Shown here: piece after piece, positions 49,084-58,394 of the stretch
Numbering within the stretch: position 1 is the stretch's first letter
How the letters are laid out: every line of letters starts with the position of its first letter
From: a bacterium
Lineage (GTDB): Bacteria; Zhuqueibacterota; Zhuqueibacteria; Residuimicrobiales; Krinioviventaceae
Assembly (NCBI GenBank): GCA_963675755.2
Contig: CAXXMD010000003.1
Span: 1,760,001 to 1,824,000 of the forward strand
Length of the DNA: 64,000 bases
Reading direction: 5' to 3'
Notes under the pieces: generated by a model
The model's database searches: none
Seen by the model: only the letters and a program-made list of their open reading frames with translations
What the model was told of the DNA's origin: nothing
Program-made: the position numbers and the translations under genes

Positions 49084-51384
49084 ATGAAAAATGTTATCTA
49101 TTTCTTGTGGATGGTTGTGATTTTCGCGGGGTGCTCTCAAACAGTAAATAATCAAATTGAAACAGATATTGACTGGCAGTCTTTTCTTGCTGATAAAGAC
49201 CTGCTGTGGGACCGTGCGCCGTTCAAATGGTCGCAGGGGGCCTTTGTGGGTAACGGATTGATTGGGGCCATGGTCTATGCCGACAGCTCTGGCGGATTAA
49301 AATGGGATATGGGACGCAGTGATCTGTTTGACCATCAGGGCAATGATGACGATGGCAATTTGAATACGCGTCTGCCTGTGGGATCTTTTCAACTGGAAGG
49401 TTTGTCGTTTGATGATTTTTCCATGCGACAAGATCTCTATAATGCAGAGGTGACAGGTCAAACGTTATTTAGTGAGGATGAACTGGCGTTCCAATCTTTT
49501 GCGTCGTATCAGCACAATGTAATGGTCATTGATCTGGAAGCAAAGGATTCAGAATTGCCGGGATTGACGTGGCATCCACTGCCTTCGTATCCCATGCGGA
49601 AGAAACTGCGGGACTTTGTGAGTCCCGAATTGACTTTGGCAGATGTAACGAATCCGGATCCCATTCAAAAAACAAAAGGCAATATTCATCTTTCAATACA
49701 GCCCTTGAATGCCGGTGGTGAGGTTGTAGTTGCCTGGGTATACAAGGACCTGACAAAATCCAAACGCTCCTGTTATATTACCATCACCTATTCATTCCCT
49801 GAACGGACTGCCGAGCAGGAGGCTGTTGATATTCTCAAAAAAGCAGTCCAGGCTGATCCGCAAGAGATGGTAAAGGCGCACCGGGACTGGTGGCATGCTT
49901 TTTATACCGAGAGTTTTGTATCCATTCCGGACAAGCAGTTGGAGACGTTTTACTGGATCCAAATGTACAAGCTGGCAAGTACCACACGTTCAGATCGTCC
50001 CGCAATTGACAATTCAGGAATCTGGTATAATAACGGACCCTGGAGCACCTATCACTGGAATATGGAAATCCAGATGAATTACTGGCCGGTCTATACAGCC
50101 AACCGGCTGCATCTTGGCAAGTCGTTGTGCAAACTGTTTGATTCCAATATGGACAATCTGATTGAAAACGTTCCTCAAAAATATCGTTACAATTCGGCAA
50201 CCATTGCGCGGACTACCTCAGCAAACCTCAAAGGCAGTATATACCGTATGACCCATAATCCCGGTGACGCGCCGGAATATGCCAATCTGCTGTGGGCCTG
50301 TCACAATTATTGGCTGCAATACCGATACAGCATGGATGATGGATTGTTGCGTGACGGATTGTATCCTTTGCTAAAACGGGCGGTGAATTTTTATCTGCAT
50401 GTTCTGATCCGTGATGAAAACGGGGAATATCATACACCTCTGGCGACTTCACCGGAAGCTGGATCAGCAAAAGATTGCAACTATGATCTTGCGGCATTGA
50501 GATGGGCTTGCCAGACCTTGATCAAAAGCGCTGAGCGACTGAATATTGACGACCCATTGCTCCCTCAATGGCGGGATGTATTACAAAATTTGACCGACTT
50601 TCCGCAGGATAAAGATGGATATATGATGGGCAAAGGTGTTAAAGCGCCGCAGGGCCACCGGCACTGGTCGCATTTGTTCATGATTTATCCCTATCATGTA
50701 GTGAACCGAAATCAGCCTGAAAACCAGGAGAATATCCGTAAATCGTTGGATTACTGGGATGTGAATCTGGCGCCGGTAGCATTCGGATATTCAGGGGCCG
50801 CGTCTATGTATGCGGCTTTGGGAGATGGCGACAAGGCTTATTTTAAATTACGGGAGATTTTGAACGAATACCCCAATGCGCGAGTGCAGGACCATTACTC
50901 GCGGATTTGTGAAAACACATTCAACCTGTTTGAGGTGAACGAGTATTCGGTATTGGAAGGTACATTGGGTATTGCCAACGCCATGCAGGAAATGCTGCTG
51001 CAAAGCTGGGGTGATGTAATTCGGATCTTTCCGGCAGTACCCAGGGACTGGCAGGATGTTGCATTTCATGATTTCAGGGCAGAGGGTGCGTTTCTGGTCT
51101 CGGCAGTGAAAAAGGATGGTGTGACACAGTTTGTAAGGATCAAAAGCCTGGCGGGCGAACCTTGCAAGATCATCACCGATCTAAAGGAACCGGTTTCTGT
51201 ATTGGGCCAATCAGAAAATATTCTGAGCCAAACCGGTATCGGACAATATCAATTTGACCTGGCAAAGGGGGAAGAAGTTGTGCTCTATCATGGAGAGATT
51301 CCGGATTTGACCATTACACCCGTTGATACAGATGATACATATCCTCATTATTATGGATTAAATAAGGAACAAGAGCTAAAATGA
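49084..51384 (+). CDS. GH95-like glycoside hydrolase (alpha-L-fucosidase/galactosidase-like) lipoprotein
   Basis: Lipobox FAG-C, GNGLIGA, YHWNMEIQMNYWP, HRHWSHL and EMLLQS...IFPAVP...RAEGAFLVSA. Confidence 0.78.
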   Translation: MKNVIYFLWMVVIFAGCSQTVNNQIETDIDWQSFLADKDLLWDRAPFKWSQGAFVGNGLIGAMVYADSSGGLKWDMGRSDLFDHQGNDDDGNLNTRLPVGSFQLEGLSFDDFSMRQDLYNAEVTGQTLFSEDELAFQSFASYQHNVMVIDLEAKDSELPGLTWHPLPSYPMRKKLRDFVSPELTLADVTNPDPIQKTKGNIHLSIQPLNAGGEVVVAWVYKDLTKSKRSCYITITYSFPERTAEQEAVDILKKAVQADPQEMVKAHRDWWHAFYTESFVSIPDKQLETFYWIQMYKLASTTRSDRPAIDNSGIWYNNGPWSTYHWNMEIQMNYWPVYTANRLHLGKSLCKLFDSNMDNLIENVPQKYRYNSATIARTTSANLKGSIYRMTHNPGDAPEYANLLWACHNYWLQYRYSMDDGLLRDGLYPLLKRAVNFYLHVLIRDENGEYHTPLATSPEAGSAKDCNYDLAALRWACQTLIKSAERLNIDDPLLPQWRDVLQNLTDFPQDKDGYMMGKGVKAPQGHRHWSHLFMIYPYHVVNRNQPENQENIRKSLDYWDVNLAPVAFGYSGAASMYAALGDGDKAYFKLREILNEYPNARVQDHYSRICENTFNLFEVNEYSVLEGTLGIANAMQEMLLQSWGDVIRIFPAVPRDWQDVAFHDFRAEGAFLVSAVKKDGVTQFVRIKSLAGEPCKIITDLKEPVSVLGQSENILSQTGIGQYQFDLAKGEEVVLYHGEIPDLTITPVDTDDTYPHYYGLNKEQELK

Positions 51385-52838
51385 AATTGACGACAATCAT
51401 AGCCGTTATGTTATTGCCAGTGACAATCTTTTCTTCTACTCCGGGTTCTTTTTCAGAAATGCTGGATGTGGGCTCTTTACCCCAACTGAAACACTGGCAA
51501 AGCAAGCAGGCCTCGGGATATGACCGGGGGGACGGATTTTATGACAGTGGTAATTTTATACGGGAGGAACCCGGCAAACGATTTGTCATGATGGAAGCAG
51601 ATGGACCGGGATGTATTGACCGCATCTGGATGACCCGCAAAGATCTGGCGGACAAGTTTGATATTCTGGTTTTTATTGATAACAAAGAAACTCCTGCGAT
51701 ATCCATGGATATGGATGAGCTCTGGATGTGTAATAAAGGACCTTTTGTGAAACCGTTTTTAGACTATGCGGACCGGGCCATGTTTTGCTATGTTCCTATC
51801 GGATTCCAAAAGTCGTGCAAAGTATTGCTGCACCCCACAGGTCCGGACAGTTCGTATGTCTATCGTAAAAACAGTGCGGGCGAGCAGATCTATCATGTAT
51901 ATTATCAAATATCCTATCGCGTATTTGATAAAGAAACACAGGTCAAGCCATTTTCATGGCGGATGGATGAAGAGGAAAAAATCGCTCTTGAAAAGTGCAA
52001 CTCATTGTGGAACAATGTCGGCAACTCTCCATACAATGAACAAATCGACCAGGAGCAAGAAGAGATAGAAATCGTATTAAACGGCAGTTCGAAACAGTCG
52101 CTATTCAAGCTAAATCATGCCGGGACGATCCAATCCCTCAAATTGAAGGTATCTGATCCTAAAGCGGCGGGTGATTTATGGCTGCAAATGACCTGGGATG
52201 CTCAGGAGATGCCCGCGGTCAATGTACCCCTTACGGCTTATTTTGGTGCGCAGGACTTGAACAAGGACGCAATAGCGCTGTGGATGGGTATATCTGATGG
52301 TTGGTACTATTCTTATTATCCCATGCCCTTTTTCAGCAATGCAAAAATTTCCATACAATCCAAAACAGATGTTGATGTAACGGTAAACGCCCGGATTTTG
52401 TACAATAAAAAATCTCCGAACCCTGATGCGGGATTGTTTCATGCATCCCGTTTTTATGAGGATGACAACAGTCTGGTAGCCGGTCAGGATTATACCTTGT
52501 TAAACACCCAGGGGCACGGACATATTGTTGCTGTCAATATGGACCATCACGGTGATATGGAAGGGGATGATCATTTTTTTATTAATGGTGAGGATTTTCC
52601 TTCCATCTATGGCACCGGGACCGAAGATTTTTTCAACTTTGCCTGGGGCTTTGGATTCAAAGCCTCTTATCCGTTGCACGGATTGCTGGACCATTTTCAG
52701 AATGATTTTTTATACCGTATTATGATACCCGGCGCAATAGCGTTTAATAAATCGATTCTGATAACTTGTGAGCATGGTTCAGGCAGTGAGGCAGGCGGGA
52801 CCTATTCAGGTGCGGTATTATATTATTTGAAAAAATAA
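51381..52838 (+). CDS. DUF2961 / GH172-like glycoside hydrolase
   Basis: Motifs GPGCIDRIW, YYPMPF, MEGDD and GTGTEDFF; ATGA overlap with the GH95-like gene. Confidence 0.8.
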   Translation: MKLTTIIAVMLLPVTIFSSTPGSFSEMLDVGSLPQLKHWQSKQASGYDRGDGFYDSGNFIREEPGKRFVMMEADGPGCIDRIWMTRKDLADKFDILVFIDNKETPAISMDMDELWMCNKGPFVKPFLDYADRAMFCYVPIGFQKSCKVLLHPTGPDSSYVYRKNSAGEQIYHVYYQISYRVFDKETQVKPFSWRMDEEEKIALEKCNSLWNNVGNSPYNEQIDQEQEEIEIVLNGSSKQSLFKLNHAGTIQSLKLKVSDPKAAGDLWLQMTWDAQEMPAVNVPLTAYFGAQDLNKDAIALWMGISDGWYYSYYPMPFFSNAKISIQSKTDVDVTVNARILYNKKSPNPDAGLFHASRFYEDDNSLVAGQDYTLLNTQGHGHIVAVNMDHHGDMEGDDHFFINGEDFPSIYGTGTEDFFNFAWGFGFKASYPLHGLLDHFQNDFLYRIMIPGAIAFNKSILITCEHGSGSEAGGTYSGAVLYYLKK

Positions 52839-52934
52839 ATTTATCTATAAAGCAGTTTGCCGCATCTTGTTTTATGCCATTTAGGTATATTTTTCAAATT
52901 CGAAATTAAGAGTTAATGGTAAACAGTTTTTTTT

Positions 52935-52999
52935 CTTTGAGAGCTTTGTGCCTCTGTGTGAATCTGTATTTTCTCTCACAAAGGCACAAAGACACAAAG
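52935..52999. repeat. Inverted repeat built from CACAAAG(G/A) units
   Basis: CTTTGTGCCTCTGTG...CACAAAGGCACAAAGACACAAAG, with 8-nt periodic arms. Confidence 0.6.
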
Positions 53000-53069
53000 T
53001 TGATGAACGGGTTACCTCATTTAATAGACTTTTATGTTGAATTCATAGTATTCTAATGATAATAATTTT

Positions 53070-53855
53070 TTAGTCGTACTTGATCCTGCTGAGATCATAG
53101 GGCGTGTTTGCCAGATGGTTATAATCTGAAATATTGCTAAAGTTCTTGAACCCTACAAGTCTGGAAATGCATGCTACCAACAGCCCACCATTGATATATT
53201 TTATGCTGTCGTCATTATCCGTTGTCAGTCCATATGAAATCAGTCCTATGGCGCCCAGTTCGTATAGGGATATTATAAAATTTGTTATTTTGTAATCAGT
53301 TTTGGTATAAAGAGGATTGTTTTTGTTTATATAATGGTTCCCCCAAAAAGGAGTGATGGTATTCCGCAGCATGTATTGGATTTTACTTTTACGTGGATTG
53401 TCAAAAGGGTGCAGTTCGTTTCGATTTAACTGGATTTGCTGCCGGGTCAGGTCTGTTAACAAATGATCATATAAATAATACCGAGTAGGATCCGATGCCA
53501 TCATCTTCCATACAAGATCGGTCTTGTTTTGTTGTGTTTTGGATTCAAGATATAGTGAAGCATAAATAAATGAAAAAGGACTGTTTTTTGTGCAAGCGAA
53601 TTGATATGTACATGTATCAGGCCTTGTTAAGCTGATAGGGGCAACGTTGATAAAGAAAAACATTCTCATTGCAGGTCTTAATTCCATTGTTGTGGGCCCA
53701 TTGACATAGTTTAGTTTTAATCCCGTATTTGCCGCTACCTGTTTGAATGCACTGTCAACTGTAGCGGAATCTGCATCAATGGTTTCCTGAACATAACCGA
53801 AACCGCTAGTTGATGCCATTATTAAAAAAAGAATAAAAGAGTAGAAATATTTCAT
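53070..53855 (-). CDS. Hypothetical exported/membrane protein
   Basis: 261-aa ORF with a signal peptide and two C-terminal hydrophobic segments; no family recognised. Confidence 0.6.
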   Translation of the reverse strand: MKYFYSFILFLIMASTSGFGYVQETIDADSATVDSAFKQVAANTGLKLNYVNGPTTMELRPAMRMFFFINVAPISLTRPDTCTYQFACTKNSPFSFIYASLYLESKTQQNKTDLVWKMMASDPTRYYLYDHLLTDLTRQQIQLNRNELHPFDNPRKSKIQYMLRNTITPFWGNHYINKNNPLYTKTDYKITNFIISLYELGAIGLISYGLTTDNDDSIKYINGGLLVACISRLVGFKNFSNISDYNHLANTPYDLSRIKYD

Positions 53856-53897
53856 AGGTTTTGCCCCATAGTAAAAAACCCCTGTTTATAAATCCGC

Positions 53898-53936
53898 AAA
53901 AAATTCCCTCCCGAGGAATTCAAATCCTCGGGAGGG
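53898..53936 (-). terminator. Intrinsic terminator of the minus-strand oxidoreductase operon
   Basis: Perfect 12-bp stem CCCTCCCGAGGA/TCCTCGGGAGGG with an adjacent A-tract. Confidence 0.7.
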
Positions 53937-54028
53937 TGATGATCTGAATCATTCGTTCAATTAACGACCCTTCGATACTTGAGTACCGATCCTGAAAAAG
54001 GCTGGTAATCAAACTCAGGGTCCGACTC

Positions 54029-55408
54029 TTACATATCCACGTAATCGGTGCCCCAGGGGTAACGCTGTGGACGGCTTAGCATGCTGTTTGCCTCGTCATC
54101 GTTATGGAAGCGTTCTTTGACCGGGTCCCAATGCAGTTTGCGGTCCAGTTTCATTGCAATATGGCTGATAAGACAGCCGGTACAGGCACGGTGTCCCACT
54201 TCAGCGGGAGCAATAGGCTGTTTTCGGCTTTTGATGCTTTCAATCCAGTTTTTATGCTGTTCATCGCTCACTGTCAAATGCACATCGGTATCTTTGAGCT
54301 TGGTTTGCAAAATTTTGGGATCACTGGCATCAAGCGCTTTGGCGTTATCTTTTTGTTTCACAGGGTCACTGTCAGTTGCCGCATAGTTGCCGCGGGTCAC
54401 AAAGATCCAGCCTTCATCGCCTTCAAATTTAACACCATTGGGGAATTTATCACTAACCTGAAAGGTGGTGCCGCTTTCAAACTGTCCGTTTACCAGAAAC
54501 GCGCCGTGCACGTCCCACAATCCGGATTTTGGAAATTCTGCGTCAGCTTCTACCATGACCGGACCGGTATACTCGGTACCGAGTCCCCAGTTCATGGAGT
54601 CGAGATGGTGTGCGCCCCAACCGGTGATCATGCCGGCACCAAATTGTTCACAGCGCAGCCAACCGGGACGTGAATAGCCATCCTGGGGATGAACGCCTTT
54701 TTCGGTATAATAGCGCCAGGGCGTTTCACCCAGCCACATGTCATAATTGAGATTGGCGGGAATGGGCATTTCCGGTTCTTCATCGCCAGAAGGATCATAA
54801 GGCAGGCCAATAACCACATTTTTTATGTTACCGATATAGCCATTACGTACCAGCTCGGCGGCAATACGGAACTGGGGCATGGATCGCTGCTGGCTGCCGA
54901 TTTGCAATATACGTCCGGTGCGGTGGATAACATCACTCATCAACCGGCCTTCTTCAATGGTAAGCGAGGCGGGTTTTTGCAGATAAATGTCTTTACCAGC
55001 CAGGGCCGCTTCAATAGCGGGTTGTGCGTGCCAGTGGTCCGGAGTACTGATGATAACCGCATCCAGTTCTGGCAGTTTCAGCATTTCACGGTAATCGCCA
55101 AAGGTTTTTACGTCTACGGGGATGGAGCTGCGGTTCTTTTTATACCACTCATTGACCCATTGTTTGCCTTCTTTTACGCGTTTGGAATCCAGATCGCTGA
55201 CAGCGATGATGTTGACACAATCATTGGCAAGTGTGCCCGGCATATCATGCCCGCGTGCAATACGGCCGCAGCCAATCTGACCCACGTTAATGGTGTTGCT
55301 GGGTGCGTTTTTACCAAACACTTTGGCGGGCACAATCATAGGCGCGCCAATAACCGCAGCGCTAGACAATGTGGTTTTGATGAAATTACGTCTGTTGATA
55401 TTTTTCAT
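54029..55408 (-). CDS. Tat-exported Gfo/Idh/MocA oxidoreductase
   Basis: Tat signal NRRNFIK, IGCGRI, STPDHWH, YLQKP and WGAHHLD. Confidence 0.9.
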   Translation of the reverse strand: MKNINRRNFIKTTLSSAAVIGAPMIVPAKVFGKNAPSNTINVGQIGCGRIARGHDMPGTLANDCVNIIAVSDLDSKRVKEGKQWVNEWYKKNRSSIPVDVKTFGDYREMLKLPELDAVIISTPDHWHAQPAIEAALAGKDIYLQKPASLTIEEGRLMSDVIHRTGRILQIGSQQRSMPQFRIAAELVRNGYIGNIKNVVIGLPYDPSGDEEPEMPIPANLNYDMWLGETPWRYYTEKGVHPQDGYSRPGWLRCEQFGAGMITGWGAHHLDSMNWGLGTEYTGPVMVEADAEFPKSGLWDVHGAFLVNGQFESGTTFQVSDKFPNGVKFEGDEGWIFVTRGNYAATDSDPVKQKDNAKALDASDPKILQTKLKDTDVHLTVSDEQHKNWIESIKSRKQPIAPAEVGHRACTGCLISHIAMKLDRKLHWDPVKERFHNDDEANSMLSRPQRYPWGTDYVDM

Positions 55409-55457
55409 TTTTACTTCCCAATCTCTTTATTAAAAATATTCTAATTATTTTATAACT

Positions 55458-56207
55458 TTATTTTTTCTTCATGCTCCACAACATGCCTGCTTCAAGATGT
55501 TTCAAAAACAGAGGATCGTCATAGTATTCGATCTTGTGTCCCAGCGCGGTAAAGAACTGGCGTCCGCCGTCAAACTCGTGGCACCAGGCTATGGGGATAT
55601 AATCACCCCAGGTTTCGCCCGGGTATTCGCTGCGTTTATCATCAGTAATGGTGGTAAGGTCGGCTGCTAAAAGTACATGAATATCGGGATTTAGATGATT
55701 TATGTAATAGCATTCGTCTTCCCATTTCCAGGGATCAGGCAGAAAATAAGTGGATGGATGGTCTGCATCTACAATCTTGATGTCAAAAGACTGTAACTTG
55801 GGATGACGGACAAAAAGTCCGCCTACCATTTCATGAAACCAGGGCCAGTCGCGTTCGGAAGCGCATGCGGAATGGATGCCCATAAATCCGCCACCATTGC
55901 GAATAAATCTAACAAACGCCTGACGTTGTTCATCCGTATCAAAGCCTTCATTGTTCGAGTTGGAGAAAACCAGGGTTTTGTATTTTTTCAGGTTTTCGTC
56001 TGTAAAAACAGCAGGATCGTCACTAACATCAGACGTGAGGTTGTTCTGTTTACACAGTTTTTGCAGGGCTTTAACACTGGCATCGATATTGTCATGAATA
56101 TAGCCGTCTTTGCCGTTTTTGGTATAAATCAATACCTGCGAACTGGCAGATATGTACAATCCCAGCACAATGCAGATGGTGAGTAATGCGGAAAATAGTT
56201 TTGACAT
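55458..56207 (-). CDS. ThuA (trehalose utilisation)-like domain protein
   Basis: Signal peptide, GGGFMGIHSA, WEDECY and GGRQFFTALGH. Confidence 0.87.
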   Translation of the reverse strand: MSKLFSALLTICIVLGLYISASSQVLIYTKNGKDGYIHDNIDASVKALQKLCKQNNLTSDVSDDPAVFTDENLKKYKTLVFSNSNNEGFDTDEQRQAFVRFIRNGGGFMGIHSACASERDWPWFHEMVGGLFVRHPKLQSFDIKIVDADHPSTYFLPDPWKWEDECYYINHLNPDIHVLLAADLTTITDDKRSEYPGETWGDYIPIAWCHEFDGGRQFFTALGHKIEYYDDPLFLKHLEAGMLWSMKKK

Positions 56208-56219
56208 TTTGTTCTCCTG

Positions 56220-57479
56220 TTATTGAAATTGTTTCCAGTCCACAGTGATTTTTGGAGGATTGGCAAAATCCTGCCAGTATTGCTCTGCCTGTTCTGCGGT
56301 GATCGTTCCATCGTAAACCAGCATGCGGTATTTTAATCCATAAGTATTACCGGGAACCAGGTTCCAGGTTTTATGACGAATAGGGCAGAATTCAAAATAC
56401 ATATCACCGCGGTCACCATTTGCATTGAGCGGCCATACGCGCATGGGCTCTGGGTGTTCACGGTTGGTGGGATGACTCATAAACAAGATACCGGATTTAC
56501 CACTCTGCGGCATTTCTCCGTTAACATTACACCAGCGCGCGCTTGTACCGTCTGCTTCTGCGCGGTCTTTAGCTTCAGAAGTGAGTACGGTACAGTTGTC
56601 TTTGGTCCAGTATTCCAGTGCGCGGTAGCCAATGCCACCACCATATCGGTAGGCAGTCAGTTCAACGGGCTTGTTTGTACAATTGAGCACGGTTGTCATG
56701 TCCCAGAGCCAAACATTGTTGTCCGGCGAAATGTTCCAGGCGCGAACATCCCACACTTCATTGATGGCAACCTCGGGGCCTGTCTCTGCTTTCAAGTCCA
56801 CATGTTCCTGACGGACTTTGAAGCCGGTATAGACGGAACCATCGGTGGTTGAGAGCACACCGGCAAAACGCACGGTTCCCAATCCGCGACCCAGATTCCA
56901 GAAATCCACTTCGCGTCCCTCAATATGGGTTTTGGTCCAGGGGTTCCAGATGCCTACATGGTGATAGTGGTCCGGCGGCTGGATGCGTGTCAGTTCCTGT
57001 CCGTTAGGTGTCCATAAAGGATGAATAAATCCGCTGCGGTTATACAAGGGGTCCACACCCGGGGGAGCGGGTTGTACAGCATGTCGATAGCTGAGAACAG
57101 GTGTGCCGTTTTGCCGTAGGACCAGATCGGTATCTGTTTCTTTACAAACCAGAGCGGGGGCGGTATATGATGAATCCGTATAGATCAATTCGTATGTGCG
57201 GGACTTTGAGGAGGATGAATTATCCAAAATCCACCACAATCGGGGCGTTTGCGCTGCTTCCACCTGACAGGGTACATTGATTTTGCCGGATTTGGTTTTT
57301 TCGATGAGTTTGAGTCGATACGCATCCAGCGGTACCGGCAGATTTTCCAGTGCAATGCTGACCGGAGTGTTGCTATGGGATTTTGATTTAGCGTCTACCT
57401 GTATAACGGCAAGGGTTTGCGCGTACACAAACACAGGCAGGCACAAGACAAGAATTACGCGATTTAAAATACGGATCAT
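56220..57479 (-). CDS. DUF6807 ('PmoA-family') secreted protein
   Basis: Motifs RSGFIHPLWTP, PPDHYHHVG, YGGGIGYR and FMSHPTN. Confidence 0.75.
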   Translation of the reverse strand: MIRILNRVILVLCLPVFVYAQTLAVIQVDAKSKSHSNTPVSIALENLPVPLDAYRLKLIEKTKSGKINVPCQVEAAQTPRLWWILDNSSSSKSRTYELIYTDSSYTAPALVCKETDTDLVLRQNGTPVLSYRHAVQPAPPGVDPLYNRSGFIHPLWTPNGQELTRIQPPDHYHHVGIWNPWTKTHIEGREVDFWNLGRGLGTVRFAGVLSTTDGSVYTGFKVRQEHVDLKAETGPEVAINEVWDVRAWNISPDNNVWLWDMTTVLNCTNKPVELTAYRYGGGIGYRALEYWTKDNCTVLTSEAKDRAEADGTSARWCNVNGEMPQSGKSGILFMSHPTNREHPEPMRVWPLNANGDRGDMYFEFCPIRHKTWNLVPGNTYGLKYRMLVYDGTITAEQAEQYWQDFANPPKITVDWKQFQ

Positions 57480-57597
57480 AATGCTCCTCTCGAAAGCAGA
57501 TATTGGATGGTTTGATTTATTATAATTAAATATCAGTCAATATTCAAGTAGAAAATGATACAAGGGTTTTTAGTTTTTTATTTAAAGAAGAACAAAT

Positions 57598-57846
57598 CTA
57601 TCGCATCCCTACGGGATGCCTGTTTCTGGTTGTCATGGTATCTACAGATATTGGGTCCCTGACGGGACCTTTGGATTGATGGAAGGATCAAAGAGCTCAC
57701 AATGTGGATTTAGATTGAATTACGGAATCAATCTGTTTCTTTGGTAGAATACTTGAAACCGGGATCGTTTGACGGGGGTCCCGTAGGGACCGGATATTTG
57801 TAGCCTATGCAAAAAAGCTAATCAGTGTCTCATAGGGACGTGAAGG
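57598..57846. repeat. REPIN/MITE-like unit 1 (249 bp)
   Basis: Left arm CTATCGCATCCCTACGGGATGC-N22-CTACAGATATTGGGTCCCTGACGGGACC; the right arm is its inverted copy (GGTCCCGTAGGGACCGGATATTTGTAG...). Confidence 0.85.
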
Positions 57847-57910
57847 AAATGGTTAAGGAAATGCTCAATATTAATGCATTTATGATATTTTGTTAATTAG
57901 GATATGTAGT

Positions 57911-58263
57911 CTATTGCATCCCTACGGGATGCCTGTTCTTAGTTTAGATGGTATCTACAAATATTGGGTCCCTGACGGGACCTCTGGATTGGTGAGATGA
58001 TCGATGATCTCACCATGTTGAATTAGATTGAATTAAAGGAACAACCCGGTTCTCTGGTTGAAAACATAAAGCTGGAATCGTTCGATGACGGCCCCTTTCG
58101 TGAGCCTTGATTTTGGAGGATGATCTACATTTATACAATGGGTATATATTGTATAAATTAATTAATTCGCTTAAAGTCGAAATATTATAACTGGTCCCGT
58201 AGGGACCGGATAGTTGTAGCTTTTGTCAGAAAACCAAATCAGCGTCCCATCGGGACGCGATAG
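57911..58263. repeat. REPIN/MITE-like unit 2 (353 bp, carries a 103-bp insertion)
   Basis: Same arms and core as unit 1; ends GCGTCCCATCGGGACGCGATAG. Confidence 0.85.
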
Positions 58264-58394
58264 AAAAGATCAGGAAATGCACATAATTTTTATATCCAAT
58301 GAAATTGGATCTATTGATAAAAAGTTTGCAAATTGGTTATTTTTTTGTAATATAAAATATTAATCCCAATTCAATAATATTACAGGGGTGTGAT

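Noticed and set aside
54689-55444. Long antisense ORFs (e.g. 54689-55444, 16498-17079, 15320-15844, 29017-29496)
   Set aside because: They are shadows of well-supported genes on the opposite strand, with no recognisable motifs.
56220-57479. Particulate methane monooxygenase subunit (family nickname PmoA)
   Set aside because: Soluble beta-rich secreted protein with no multi-TM topology and no pmoC/pmoB neighbours.
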